Shown here: piece by piece, positions 1 through 17,467 of the stretch
Layout: each line of letters starts with the position of its first letter
Position numbering within the stretch: position 1 is the first letter of the stretch
Source: an uncultured Prochlorococcus sp.
GTDB taxonomy: Bacteria > Cyanobacteriota > Cyanobacteriia > PCC-6307 > Cyanobiaceae
Direction of reading: 5' to 3'
Assembly: GCA_902564235.1 (NCBI GenBank)
Contig: CACFAG010000001.1
Coordinates: 127,284-191,283, forward strand
DNA length: 64,000 nt
Position numbers and translations under genes: made by a program
The notes under the pieces: generated by a model
Told to the model about the DNA's origin: nothing
Database searches by the model: none
The model's input: the letters and a program-made list of their open reading frames with translations, nothing else

Positions 1-519
1 GCGTTTCAAAAGGCAAAAATCATTCCTGATTTAATAAGTATTTCAAAAGGTTTAACTGGTGGATTTTTACCGATGGGAATAACATTATGTAAAGAAAAAA
101 TTTTTCAATCGTTTATTGATGATTCCCCAAGAAAAACTTTTTGGCATGGACATAGTTTTACTGCTAATCCTTTAGGTTGTGCTGCAGCAAATGCTAGCCT
201 TGATTTATTAGAAAAAGAACCACAAAAATACCTTTCATTTGAAGAAAAACATTTGTCTCATTTAATTAAATTTAAAAACTTACCCTATATAAAAAAGGTA
301 AGGGTATCCGGCACAATTGCTGCCTTCGATTTAGATACTGGGAACAAAAAAGGTTATTTCAATAATATTGGGAAAGAAATAAAGAATCTTGCAATGGAGC
401 AAGGTTTATTCATTAGGCCCCTAGGGAATGTTATTTACCTTTTGCCGCCTCTCTGTATAACAGATGATCAATTAGAAAAAAGTTACTGGATAATAAGGCA
501 AATTTTAGACAATCTTTAG
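1..519 (+). CDS. bioA: Adenosylmethionine-8-amino-7-oxononanoate aminotransferase (5'-truncated by window edge)
   Basis: Frame is open from base 1: PDLISISKGLTGGFLPM (PLP-lysine motif), HGHSFTANPLGCAAA, RPLGNVIYLLPP. Confidence 0.93.
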   Translation, partial: AFQKAKIIPDLISISKGLTGGFLPMGITLCKEKIFQSFIDDSPRKTFWHGHSFTANPLGCAAANASLDLLEKEPQKYLSFEEKHLSHLIKFKNLPYIKKVRVSGTIAAFDLDTGNKKGYFNNIGKEIKNLAMEQGLFIRPLGNVIYLLPPLCITDDQLEKSYWIIRQILDNL

Positions 520-527
520 ATAGAAAT

Positions 528-785
528 TTAAGGTCCCTGCAGTATTGCATTTTCCACATCTTCTCTATTAATACAGTAGGAGAATAGTCTTTTAGTTTCT
601 TGTCCTTCACTTTCCCATATAACACTTAAATCTTCTTGTTCAAAAAAAATAGTTGCATTCCAATTAGAAAGCAACAAGTACCATTTAGATGGATTATTAA
701 CATCTTTCACAGCACCTAAATTAGTTAGCCACAATTCCAATGATTGCAATGAATGTTGGTTAATGGGTTTTTCAGGGGGATTCAC
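528..785 (-). CDS. Conserved cyanobacterial hypothetical protein (DUF3143-like)
   Basis: 85-aa ORF with HSLQSLELWL and SYCINREDVENAILQGP, which resemble this family. Confidence 0.75.
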   Translation of the reverse strand: MNPPEKPINQHSLQSLELWLTNLGAVKDVNNPSKWYLLLSNWNATIFFEQEDLSVIWESEGQETKRLFSYCINREDVENAILQGP

Positions 786-801
786 AGACTTTTTTAAAGT
801 A

Positions 802-1242
802 TCATTTTACTAACCAAATAGGTAATGTATCTAATTCTTTTCCAGTAAAAGAGGCAATAAAAATTGAACAAATCAAACTAATAGAAATGATAATAAATAA
901 AAGAAATAACGAAAACAATTCCCCATTTGAAAAAGGTCTTCTGTTCCCTACTAAGTTTTGATTATTTGAATCGATTATTAAATTATTTAAAACTTTAGTA
1001 TTATGATTACTGCTAGATCTTTCCTTTAGTTTTTTATCATATATTTTTCTCAAACTACTATTATTCAAATTTTCATAAGCTTCCAAAACTTCTTGAAATT
1101 TACTTTTAGCATCGTCCATTTCTAAAGAAGTTGTATCAGGATGCAACTCAATGGAAAGTTTGCAAAATGCCTTTCTTAATTCATGATTTGAGGCATTTTC
1201 ATCTACACCTAAAATTTTGTAATAAGAAATTTCCCCTTTCAA
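802..1242 (-). CDS. DnaJ-domain (type III J) protein with C-terminal TM helix
   Basis: SYYKILGV...ELHPD J-domain motif; hydrophobic C-terminal stretch LFSLFLLFIIISISLICSIFIA. Confidence 0.88.
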   Translation of the reverse strand: MKGEISYYKILGVDENASNHELRKAFCKLSIELHPDTTSLEMDDAKSKFQEVLEAYENLNNSSLRKIYDKKLKERSSSNHNTKVLNNLIIDSNNQNLVGNRRPFSNGELFSLFLLFIIISISLICSIFIASFTGKELDTLPIWLVK

Positions 1243-1332
1243 AATAATCTTTTATTAATATTTTAATTCTAATAAATTTTTAATAAATAAAATGTAATTT
1301 ATGAATCGTAAAAAATTTATATTTATAACGAA

Positions 1333-2046
1333 ATGAAAAAACAAAACATTCCAGAAGAAATTTTTTCCTTAATAACTGAAGAAGAGATAATTATGTTTCA
1401 AGAATTACAAATTAAAATTAAAGAATTAAATAATAAAACAAACTTAACGAGATTAATTAATGGTGATGATTATTGGGTATCGCAAGTTTTTGACAGCATT
1501 TGGCCCTTTAAAACTTTCCCGTACATTAATTTTGATAATAAAAAATTTTTAGATATTGGATCCGGCTGTGGCTTCCCGGGTTTAGCTTATGCCATAACTC
1601 ATCCTACTTCAGAAATATACTTAGTTGATTCTTCAAAAAAGAAAACAGATGCTCTTAAAATCTTAATTACAGAGATCAATTTCAAAAACAATATTCATGT
1701 AATTAATGATCGTATTGAGAACTTAGCCCATCAATCTTCAATGAGAAATAGTTTCAATATAGCTACTACTAGAGCAGTTAGTAATCCATCAACAGTTTCA
1801 GAATATATACTGCCAATGCTAAAAAAAGAAGGGTTAGGATTTTTATATTGTGGCAAATGGACTGATAAAGAAAGTAAAAATCTAGGTAAAACTTTAGAAA
1901 TATTAGAAGGAAAACTTAAAGAGAGAAAGAAGATATTGTTACCAAGCAATAAAGGTACCCGAAATATTATTCTTATTCAAGCAAAAAATTTCTGCCCTAA
2001 AATTTACCCAAGAAAAGTTGGCAAACCTGAGAAAAATCCATTATGA
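1333..2046 (+). CDS. rsmG: 16S rRNA m7G527 methyltransferase
   Basis: NLTR, LDIGSGCGFPGL, ATTRAV, YPRKVGKPEKNPL motifs. Confidence 0.95.
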   Translation: MKKQNIPEEIFSLITEEEIIMFQELQIKIKELNNKTNLTRLINGDDYWVSQVFDSIWPFKTFPYINFDNKKFLDIGSGCGFPGLAYAITHPTSEIYLVDSSKKKTDALKILITEINFKNNIHVINDRIENLAHQSSMRNSFNIATTRAVSNPSTVSEYILPMLKKEGLGFLYCGKWTDKESKNLGKTLEILEGKLKERKKILLPSNKGTRNIILIQAKNFCPKIYPRKVGKPEKNPL

Positions 2047-2048
2047 AA

Positions 2049-3242
2049 TTATTTTTTTGCTAATCGTTTAGCAACCTTATCTCCGAACTTCTCTTTTAAA
2101 GTTCTCAATTTTTTTATAACTTTTTTTGGATTTATATGACCTTCTAATACTCTCAATAATTGTACTTCAGAAACATCCGTATCTAACAAATTAGAGTTAT
2201 TTCCAGGGAACCAGTGACTTCCATTACCAAGCAATTGATATCTAGCTTTTGCAAACCCTTCCATATCCAACCAATCAATTAAATTTGAAAGCCAAAGCAG
2301 AACGGGAATATTAATATTACCTGGCGTATATTCCCAACTCGGCAAATTTCTATTCCAACTTTGATGCCATTCTAAACCCAGAGAATTAATTGATTCCTGC
2401 CTTAATCTGTTTATTATCTTTGGAACATACTTTTCAGATTCTGATAACAACGAAACAGCTTCTAAATGCAAATCAAAATCCGCCTCTTTTGCAATCCCCA
2501 CACTAAGAGTATGGACATTTTGATTTCTTAAGCAAAAAAGATCGTTAAAAACTATAGGATGAAGTGGCTCACAAAGTTCCAACATTTTGTCTGAGGGAGT
2601 ATGAAGATGTCCTCCTTTATCAGTGGGACTTATTATAAAAACACCAAGATCATACTTATTTGCCAAATTTATAACCTTTGTATTTTCTTGATTGATAAAA
2701 TACCAGTGCAAATTTACATAATCAAAAAGGTTTGTTGATATAGCCTTCTCAATGAGTGATGATTTTCCATGAGTTGAAAATCCAATAGAGCCAATTAAAT
2801 TTTCTTTTTGCAAATTTCTTAAAATGTCAATACAACCTCCATCTTTAACAGAATGATGTAAATGTTCATCTGTATTAATTCCATGTATTGCTAACAAATC
2901 TATTCTTTTAACTTTTAATTTTTCAATACTTGTCATAATATCTTTCTTAAAAATTTTTGGATCACTATTTGGAGGGATCTTAGTTTGAATAATATCTGGA
3001 ATTTTTTCTATATTTTTAAAACTCATTCCTAACTGCACCTCAGAAGTCCCATAATACTTAGCAGTCTCGACATGACTCATGCCATATTTGTTTGCCAAAT
3101 TCAAAATATTTTCTACTTTATTTTGTTCTTCATTTGAAATCTCAGAAAAATCTAATTGTTCCCAACTTTTTTGAAATCTCATACCACCTAGAGATAAAAT
3201 AGGGATCTTCAGATTGGTTCTACCAAATCTCCGATATTGCAT
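2049..3242 (-). CDS. Aldo/keto reductase family protein
   Basis: MQYRRFGRTNLKIPILSLGGMRF, ETAKYYGTSE, IGFSTHG motifs. Confidence 0.9.
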   Translation of the reverse strand: MQYRRFGRTNLKIPILSLGGMRFQKSWEQLDFSEISNEEQNKVENILNLANKYGMSHVETAKYYGTSEVQLGMSFKNIEKIPDIIQTKIPPNSDPKIFKKDIMTSIEKLKVKRIDLLAIHGINTDEHLHHSVKDGGCIDILRNLQKENLIGSIGFSTHGKSSLIEKAISTNLFDYVNLHWYFINQENTKVINLANKYDLGVFIISPTDKGGHLHTPSDKMLELCEPLHPIVFNDLFCLRNQNVHTLSVGIAKEADFDLHLEAVSLLSESEKYVPKIINRLRQESINSLGLEWHQSWNRNLPSWEYTPGNINIPVLLWLSNLIDWLDMEGFAKARYQLLGNGSHWFPGNNSNLLDTDVSEVQLLRVLEGHINPKKVIKKLRTLKEKFGDKVAKRLAKK

Positions 3243-3253
3243 CTTTTAAAAAA

Positions 3254-3613
3254 TTAATGCTTATTCATTCTTGGTGGTTTTCCAAATGATTGAAACATGT
3301 CCCTATCAAGGCTATTCTCTAAATCATTTAATTCTTCAAACTTGACCCAATGAATGCAATCAACAGGGCAAGTATCTATTGCCTCTTGTATAGTATCAAC
3401 ACTATCACCATCTTGTCTGATTGCTCGACTTCTACCATGAAATTCGTCAACTATGAAAGTGTTTGAAGCAACGTGTACACAGTATTTACAACCAATACAT
3501 TTAGCTTCATCAACCCAAACAGCTTTTTCTGCTAATTGACCACCTAAAACTGGCTCAAAGCCTGAAATTTCAATATTTTCTCCAAGATTATCGAATGGAT
3601 CAGTTAAATCCAT
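3254..3613 (-). CDS. Single-cluster bacterial-type ferredoxin (Fed7-like)
   Basis: WVDEAKCIGCKYC...TCPVDCIHW (CxxCxxC...CP). Confidence 0.9.
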   Translation of the reverse strand: MDLTDPFDNLGENIEISGFEPVLGGQLAEKAVWVDEAKCIGCKYCVHVASNTFIVDEFHGRSRAIRQDGDSVDTIQEAIDTCPVDCIHWVKFEELNDLENSLDRDMFQSFGKPPRMNKH

Positions 3614-3622
3614 AGTATGAGA

Positions 3623-4015
3623 TTAGTTATCCCACTTTGTTAAAACCAATTCAATAGAGCCGTCATTTTGGTTTTTTTGTTCGACGATTTGATAACCATC
3701 CTCTTTTGTTTTGGAAATAATTGTTTCGTAAGCATACATTTGAGTAACCTTAGAGATAAATCTTTCTACTGGGAGCTCAAATTTCCACAGATCTAGATCA
3801 GTAACTAACTCATATGAATTTGAAGTATTATCCCATTTAAATCCAACTTTAGTCTCTCCAGGAAGATTCATGCTTATATCAACAGCTGTAAATTTACCTC
3901 TGTAGCCTTTAACAAACTTTTCTTCTTGGTTGATTATGTAACCAAGATTTTTCAAGGCTTTAATTAATGGCTCTGCATCTTTGAGCTGAGTTTTAATCGT
4001 ACTAAAGTGTGACAT
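3623..4015 (-). CDS. ycf35: Ycf35 / DUF1257 protein
   Basis: MSHFSTIKT N-terminus, YELVTDLDLW, DGSIELVLTKW. Confidence 0.88.
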   Translation of the reverse strand: MSHFSTIKTQLKDAEPLIKALKNLGYIINQEEKFVKGYRGKFTAVDISMNLPGETKVGFKWDNTSNSYELVTDLDLWKFELPVERFISKVTQMYAYETIISKTKEDGYQIVEQKNQNDGSIELVLTKWDN

Positions 4016-4217
4016 TAGATTCGTGGTTGAATTGTTTTAATTTTTCATTTTGATTAGAGATGAAAGCATCAGATGTTTTATTCTTAACTGTTACTTTACC
4101 AAGAGCATCTTCAAGGTTTCTTGTGGCATCATTGCATGAATTTCCAGTAAAACCTTCTACTGTCTCTTCAACTCTTCCGTCTTGATGAATTTTGAATCTC
4201 AATGTTTTTTGAGGCAT
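4002..4217 (-). CDS. DUF2997 domain protein
   Basis: MPQKTLRFKIHQDGRVEETVEGFTGNSC...LEDALG; ATG at 4217 preferred over the upstream TTG; overlaps ycf35 start by 14 nt. Confidence 0.85.
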   Translation of the reverse strand: MPQKTLRFKIHQDGRVEETVEGFTGNSCNDATRNLEDALGKVTVKNKTSDAFISNQNEKLKQFNHESNVTL

Positions 4218-4366
4218 TAAATTCAAATATTAAGTAATTTTACTTTATACACAATAACGAAATTTTTTTGTTTCAGTTGGTACAAGTTAATTAATTTTAA
4301 TTTTTATATTGAATATCTAATAAATAAACTTTTTCAATCTTATGCTTATCAAAAAAATTAAGAAAT

Positions 4367-5134
4367 TTAGTTGTAAAAACCTTGCATTCCCATTGAATCC
4401 AAGGCAGTTTTTGCTTCTTCCATAACGGACGGTTCTTTATCGAAAAGCGCTATTTTAGTGCATTCATCAACGAAACTTTCTTGCAATGTATTATTTAATT
4501 TTTCGTACAATCTACACAATGACCAAATGCAATTACTTCTTACACCTGATTCATTATCTACTTTTAAACTTATTAGAAGTTGTTCTGCTGCCAATTGAGC
4601 ATTTTCCAAAGAAACATTTCCGATTTCAGCTAACGAACTAGATGACCATAACCTTACTGCAGCTACATCGTTCTTTAAAGCATTTATTAAAGGCTCCAAG
4701 ACGATTTGATTATCATAATTAGCTAAGCTCCATGCAGCCGCTCTTCTGACATAAGCGTTATCGTCAGTTTCCAAGAGACTGACAAGTTTCTCGACTGCGC
4801 TAGGACATGGATTACGACCCAAAGCGTATACCACACTCATTCTTTCGACAGGACAAGGTTGATCAAGCAATGGTATCAAAACGGGGAAAGATCTTGAATC
4901 TCTATATTCACAAAATATTCTTAAACCCTGTATTCTTTCTTCTCTGTTACCTTTAAGCATTTTTAATGCTTCATTACACTCTTGGGTTATGTTTAAATCT
5001 TTTGGAAAAGAATCTTCATCAATTTGCTCAAGAGGATCTATTTCAATTTCTAAGGCTAATTCTTTCGCTAAAACATCTGGATCAACAGCGATATCAACTA
5101 AGCTGTCTTTATTAGGATCCTTGTTAATTGTCAT
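4367..5134 (-). CDS. HEAT-repeat (PBS lyase-like) protein
   Basis: Repeated HEAT units: VERMSVVYALG, YVRRAAAWSLA, AVRLWSSSSLA, GVRSNCIWSL. Confidence 0.88.
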   Translation of the reverse strand: MTINKDPNKDSLVDIAVDPDVLAKELALEIEIDPLEQIDEDSFPKDLNITQECNEALKMLKGNREERIQGLRIFCEYRDSRSFPVLIPLLDQPCPVERMSVVYALGRNPCPSAVEKLVSLLETDDNAYVRRAAAWSLANYDNQIVLEPLINALKNDVAAVRLWSSSSLAEIGNVSLENAQLAAEQLLISLKVDNESGVRSNCIWSLCRLYEKLNNTLQESFVDECTKIALFDKEPSVMEEAKTALDSMGMQGFYN

Positions 5135-5151
5135 TTTGAAAAACTAAAATA

Positions 5152-5298
5152 TTAATTAATTGGAGCAGGAGACATCATATCTCCTGGCAACCAAATTCTT
5201 GCACTAACTGCAAGAAAGGCAATACCAAAAAGTGAGACAATAGCGAAAGGTAAAATTTTTGTCTTAATAAAACCCAAAGATTTGCGATTAATTAACAC
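5152..5298 (-). CDS. 48-aa single-TM small protein (absent from ORF track)
   Basis: Hand translation from GTG: MLINRKSLGFIKTKILPFAIVSLFGIAFLAVSARIWLPGDMMSPAPIN*; AAGG upstream; fills the rlmN-HEAT gap on the same strand. Confidence 0.78.
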   Translation of the reverse strand: MLINRKSLGFIKTKILPFAIVSLFGIAFLAVSARIWLPGDMMSPAPIN

Positions 5299-5346
5299 AA
5301 TAATAACCTTTTTAAGAGACTTTTAAAAAATTTTTATTAGATAAAA

Positions 5347-6405
<1,059 letters not shown>

Positions 6406-6422
6406 TTAGTTGAAAACTATTT

Positions 6423-6578
<156 letters not shown>

Positions 6579-6629
6579 TTACCAATTTAAAGATATATTC
6601 TAGTCAATAAAAATTATAATAGATAATAT

Positions 6630-10757
<4,128 letters not shown>

Positions 10758-10765
10758 TTAAGAGA

Positions 10766-12700
<1,935 letters not shown>

Positions 12701-12708
12701 TCAAGTAT

Positions 12709-15700
12709 TTAATCTTCCTCATATTCAGAGGTTCCGAGTGATTCGTAAGTCGGCCTTGATGGAGTATTCCTTCTCGGGTTGATATCTTGCATTAAATCTA
12801 CCTCTTTTCCTTCATCTGTATAAACTCCTATATCTAAGCCTAGTGATTGCAATTCCCTCATAAGAACTTTAAAGGATTCAGGAGTACCAGGCCTAGGAAT
12901 AGGTTTACCTTTTACGATTGCATTAAGAGCTTCATTTCTTCCTTGCATATCATCAGATTTAACGGTTAATAACTCTTGCAAAGTATAAGCTGCTCCATAA
13001 GCTTCAAGAGCCCATACTTCCATTTCTCCAAGCCTTTGTCCACCTTGCTGAGCTTTGCCGCCCAATGGTTGTTGTGTAACCAAAGAGTAAGGACCAGTAG
13101 ATCTAGCATGAATTTTATCATCCACTAAATGAACTAACTTAAGGAAGTGAGAGTATCCTACCGCAACTGGCTGATCGAAAGGTTCCCCTGTTCTACCATC
13201 TCTAAGTAATAACTTTCCAGGATCTTCTGGATTGTAAACCCATTCTTTACCTGGCTGTTTTGAAGCTTCCTCTAAAAATGCTTGAACAGTCTGATGTGAT
13301 TTTTCAGCTCCATACATTTCATCAAAAGGTACAACTTTAACCCTGCAATTTAAATTTGAAGCTGCCCATCCCATTAATAATTCAAAAACTTGACCTACAT
13401 TCATCCTACTTGGAACTCCAAGAGGATTAAGAACTATGTCAACAGGCGTTCCATCAGGCAAATATGGCATATCTTCTCTAGGTAAGATTCTGCTAATAAT
13501 TCCTTTATTCCCATGCCTCCCAGCCATTTTGTCACCTACTTGAATTTTTCTTCTCTGAGCCACGTAAACTCTAACTACCATGTTGGCCCCCGGAGGTAAT
13601 TCGTCACCTTGTTCTCTTGTATAAATGCGTACATCAAGAACCCTTCCCTTTTCAGTTTTGGGGACTCTGAGAGAATTATCTCTAACATCTCGAGCTTTTT
13701 CACCGAAAATAGCTCTCAAAAGTTTTTCTTCTGGAGGCTGATCTGATTCCCCTTTTGGAGTAACTTTTCCTACAAGGATATCTCCACTCTCGACAAAAGC
13801 ACCAATCCTAATAATTCCCATTTCATCAAGATTGTTCAAGCTTTCTTCTGAGATATTCGGAATCTCTCTTGTAATTTCTTCAGGTCCTAGCTTTGTTTGT
13901 CTTGCTTCAATTTCGTATTTTTCTATATGTACCGACGTATATAAATCATCGGTTACCATCCTCTCGCTCACAAGAATTGCATCTTCGTAGTTGTAGCCCT
14001 CCCATGGCATATATGCAATTAAAACATTCTGGCCAAGGGCTATCTCACCTCCTTCACATGCTGATCCATCTGCTAAAACCTGACCAGATATGACACGATC
14101 TCCTATTTTTACGATAGGTCTTTGGTTTAGACAAGTATCTTGATTTGATCTTTGATATTTTTGAAGATAATGAAAATGTTCATTACCATTCTCATCTTTA
14201 ACAACAATCTCATTAGCATCTACATAAGATACAGTTCCATTAACTTTTGTTATGGGAACCATTCCAGAATCTCTAGCAACTTGAGATTCTAAACCTGTAC
14301 CAACCAAAGGACGTTCTGGCCTGAGCAATGGAACGGCTTGGCGTTGCATGTTTGATCCCATTAGTGCTCTATTAGCATCATCATGTTCCAAGAAAGGAAT
14401 AAGTGAAGTCGCAACTGAAATTACCTGAACCGGAGAAAGCTGAACGTAATCAACTTGATGAGGAGGTACCTTTTCAAAATCTTGTCTATATCTTACTGGT
14501 ATGAGATTTGCAATTATATTGCCATCCTTGTCAGTTGCGACATCTCCTGGGGCGACCCTACACTCATCTTCTAAATCAGCAGAAAGATAAACAGGATTAC
14601 CACCTTTATTAACTTTACCATTATTAACTTCCCAAAAAGGTGTTTCAATAAAACCATACTCATTAACTCTTGCGTGGGTAGCTAAAGAGTTTATAAGTCC
14701 CGCATTAGGACCTTCAGGAGTCTCGATAGGACATAATCTACCATAATGTGAAGGATGAATATCTCTTACCGCAAAGCCTGCTCTTTCTCGAGTCAAACCT
14801 CCAGGACCTAAAGCCGAAATTCTTCTCTTATGTGTTAATTCAGCCAGTGGATTAGTTTGATCCATAAACTGACTTAATTGACTAGAGCCAAAGAATTCCT
14901 TTATTGCAGCAACCAAAGGTTTGGGATTGACTAGTTGAGCAGGAGTAAGAGAATCTGTCTCTCCTACAGTCATTCTTTCTTTGATAATTCTCTCTAAACG
15001 ATTCAATCCAACCCTGACTTGATTTTGAAGAAGTTCACCTACGGATCTAACCCTTCGATTACCAAGGTGATCAATATCATCCAAACTAGCACCACCAATA
15101 TCCAATTCTAAATTAATTAAGTAATCAATGGTAGAGAGAACATCTTCATGGGTAAGTATTCTCAAATCATCTGGTACTGTGAGCCTCAATTTTTTATTGA
15201 TTTTATATCTACCAACTCGTCCTAAATCATATCTTTTGGGATCGAAGAATCTACTTTCTAATAGCTGTTGGCCCCCAGAAACGGAGGGAGGTTCACCTGG
15301 ACGTAACTTCTTGTATAACTCAAGTAAAGCTTGGTCTTCTGAATTTATACCCTCGTCATTGGCTGACTCAATTGAGTTTTGATAAAACTCAGGATGCCTA
15401 AGTTTATCAACAACATCATTATCAGAAAGACCCATAGCTCTCATAAGAACATGAGCATTAATTTTTCTAGTTTTATCAACTCTTACATAAAGTAAATTAT
15501 TTTTGTCAGTCTCGAACTTTAACCATGCACCTCTATTAGGGATAACGCTGGCGTTATAGGTTCTTCGACCATTTTTATCCAATTCATCTTTGAAATATAC
15601 TCCCGGACTACGAACAATTTGATTAACAATTACTCTTTCAGCACCATTAATAATGAAAGTTCCCCTTTCAGTCATTAATGGTAACTCTCCAATAAATACT

Positions 15701-16002
15701 TCTTGTTCTTTAATTTCCCCTGTCTCTTTATTAATTAATCTACAAGTTACATACATCTGAGATGCAAATGTTGCATCTCTTCTTTTAGCTTCCTCAACAT
15801 CATGTCTAGGTTTTTTTAACCTATATTCTTCACCGATAAAATGCAATTCTAATTTACCTGTGTAATCAGAAATGGGAGAAAAATTTTGTAATTCCTCTAT
15901 TAAACCCTTTTCCAAAAACCATTTAAAGCTTGCTCTTTGTACTTCAACTAAATCTGGTAGATAAGTAGCTGTTTTTGCTACCTGTAAAGCGCTACTGCCC
16001 AT
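12709..16002 (-). CDS. rpoB: RNA polymerase beta subunit
   Basis: [43 protein letters not shown]. Confidence 0.99.
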   Translation of the reverse strand: MGSSALQVAKTATYLPDLVEVQRASFKWFLEKGLIEELQNFSPISDYTGKLELHFIGEEYRLKKPRHDVEEAKRRDATFASQMYVTCRLINKETGEIKEQEVFIGELPLMTERGTFIINGAERVIVNQIVRSPGVYFKDELDKNGRRTYNASVIPNRGAWLKFETDKNNLLYVRVDKTRKINAHVLMRAMGLSDNDVVDKLRHPEFYQNSIESANDEGINSEDQALLELYKKLRPGEPPSVSGGQQLLESRFFDPKRYDLGRVGRYKINKKLRLTVPDDLRILTHEDVLSTIDYLINLELDIGGASLDDIDHLGNRRVRSVGELLQNQVRVGLNRLERIIKERMTVGETDSLTPAQLVNPKPLVAAIKEFFGSSQLSQFMDQTNPLAELTHKRRISALGPGGLTRERAGFAVRDIHPSHYGRLCPIETPEGPNAGLINSLATHARVNEYGFIETPFWEVNNGKVNKGGNPVYLSADLEDECRVAPGDVATDKDGNIIANLIPVRYRQDFEKVPPHQVDYVQLSPVQVISVATSLIPFLEHDDANRALMGSNMQRQAVPLLRPERPLVGTGLESQVARDSGMVPITKVNGTVSYVDANEIVVKDENGNEHFHYLQKYQRSNQDTCLNQRPIVKIGDRVISGQVLADGSACEGGEIALGQNVLIAYMPWEGYNYEDAILVSERMVTDDLYTSVHIEKYEIEARQTKLGPEEITREIPNISEESLNNLDEMGIIRIGAFVESGDILVGKVTPKGESDQPPEEKLLRAIFGEKARDVRDNSLRVPKTEKGRVLDVRIYTREQGDELPPGANMVVRVYVAQRRKIQVGDKMAGRHGNKGIISRILPREDMPYLPDGTPVDIVLNPLGVPSRMNVGQVFELLMGWAASNLNCRVKVVPFDEMYGAEKSHQTVQAFLEEASKQPGKEWVYNPEDPGKLLLRDGRTGEPFDQPVAVGYSHFLKLVHLVDDKIHARSTGPYSLVTQQPLGGKAQQGGQRLGEMEVWALEAYGAAYTLQELLTVKSDDMQGRNEALNAIVKGKPIPRPGTPESFKVLMRELQSLGLDIGVYTDEGKEVDLMQDINPRRNTPSRPTYESLGTSEYEED

Positions 16003-16058
16003 CCAAGAAAACCTGCGATTTTGTGAGATTTACTATTTACTTTAAATTTACTCAATAC

Positions 16059-16191
16059 TTAGCTGATTAACTTTTCAATTAACGTTAGATCAAGCATTAA
16101 ATCTCGATTCCAACAAAAAATTAATTTAATAAATCTATAATTAAATTTAATCTAATGCTGATAAATCATTAACTGGGGCAGTTAGAGCTAA
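16059..16191 (-). promoter_or_regulatory. Structured 5' leader of the rpoBC operon
   Basis: Nested complementary segments 16059-64/16186-91, 16065-68/16164-67, 16089-102/16150-162, plus hairpin 16170-184. Confidence 0.55.
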
Positions 16192-16222
16192 ATAATTAAG
16201 AAAAAATTTACAGTAATTCCTT

Positions 16223-16252
16223 ATACTAACAGCTTCAACGTCAAATTATCAA
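16223..16252 (-). promoter_or_regulatory. Candidate sigma70 promoter for rpoB
   Basis: Minus strand TTGATA-N18-TAGTAT with extended -10 TG; overlaps the tatD stop. Confidence 0.5.
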
Positions 16253-17035
16253 GTCAAATTTAAACAAATCTTCAGCATTCTTAGATGACTCTTTCGCAAT
16301 TGTAATTAATTCAGTAGATCTTAAATCTGCCATAAAATTAGCAACATTTTCAACAAATGCAGGTTCATTTCTTTTTCCCCTGTGAGGAACGGGAGCTAAA
16401 AAGGGTGAGTCGGTTTCAATTAAATACTTATCATTTGGAACTATCTTGGCACACTCTTGAATTTCATATGCTTTTGAGAAAGTTACAATACCGCTGAAAC
16501 TTATATAGAAACCAAGATCCAGGAATTGCTTCATTTCTTCTGTGGTTCCTGTCCAACAGTGAAGTACTCCTTTAGGACATTTTCCTTTTTTAGAAAGATC
16601 ACTACATATCTCAATCATTTGATTTGCAGCATCTCTGCAATGGATAATTACAGGCAATTTAAGTTCGTAAGCTAACTCCATTTGAGGAATAAGAGCATCA
16701 ATTTGCTGAGTTTTATTTTCACTTTTAAAAAAGTCCAAGCCTAATTCCCCAATGGCCACAACTCTTCTATCTTCTTGAGCTGATCTTCTTAAAAGAGATT
16801 TTGAACTTAGTTCCCATTTTTTTGCTTCTAGCGGATGCAAACCAACCGAATAGTAAATTTCATTAAATTTATGAGATATTTTTTTCAACTTAGGAATTTC
16901 AGATAATTCACAACAAGCATGAACTAATTTTTTTACGCCTTTTGAGCGTAATCTTTGAATAACATCTTCGAGATCTTCTTCGAAATTTTCAAATATTAAA
17001 TGACAGTGGGAGTCTATGAGTTCGAAATCGCTCAT
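16241..17035 (-). CDS. tatD: TatD family nuclease
   Basis: IDSHCH, GELGLD, IIHCRDA, VLHCWTG, IETDSPFL. Confidence 0.94.
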   Translation of the reverse strand: MSDFELIDSHCHLIFENFEEDLEDVIQRLRSKGVKKLVHACCELSEIPKLKKISHKFNEIYYSVGLHPLEAKKWELSSKSLLRRSAQEDRRVVAIGELGLDFFKSENKTQQIDALIPQMELAYELKLPVIIHCRDAANQMIEICSDLSKKGKCPKGVLHCWTGTTEEMKQFLDLGFYISFSGIVTFSKAYEIQECAKIVPNDKYLIETDSPFLAPVPHRGKRNEPAFVENVANFMADLRSTELITIAKESSKNAEDLFKFDLII

Positions 17036-17052
17036 ATTTCAGATTCGCTCTT

Positions 17053-17346
17053 TTATTTTGCAGTAAGAGTAGTTTTTACAAAATTATTAATTTTTGATTT
17101 TCTATTTGCTCCGTTATTCTTGTGAAGAACATTTTTTTTAACTGCTTTATCGATTAAACTATAAGCTCTATTAAGACTCGATGTCACTAAGTTTTTGTTA
17201 TCTTCATTTGGGTCTTTTTTGTATTTTTCGCAATTCTCTAAGGTTTTCTTGATCAAAGTTCTCACTGTAGATTTGTAAGACTTATTGATTAAACGATTTC
17301 TTTGGGCAATTTGAATTCTCTTTTTTGCTGATTTGTTATTGGCCAC
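17053..17346 (-). CDS. rpsT: 30S ribosomal protein S20
   Basis: ANNKSAKKRI...IDKAVKKNVLHKNNGANRKS; GTG start. Confidence 0.97.
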   Translation of the reverse strand: MANNKSAKKRIQIAQRNRLINKSYKSTVRTLIKKTLENCEKYKKDPNEDNKNLVTSSLNRAYSLIDKAVKKNVLHKNNGANRKSKINNFVKTTLTAK

Positions 17347-17372
17347 AGAGGATATGAGAGTACGAAATCATT

Positions 17373-17381
17373 ATTATAACA
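17373..17381 (-). promoter_or_regulatory. Extended -10 promoter for rpsT
   Basis: Perfect TGTTATAAT on the minus strand, 26 nt upstream of the GTG. Confidence 0.55.
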
Positions 17382-17467
17382 AATAGATCGACTACTAATC
17401 AATAATATATAATTGAGAAAGCTGATGAGTTAGGTCTCGAACCTTTAAAATTTGAAAAATTAATAAA

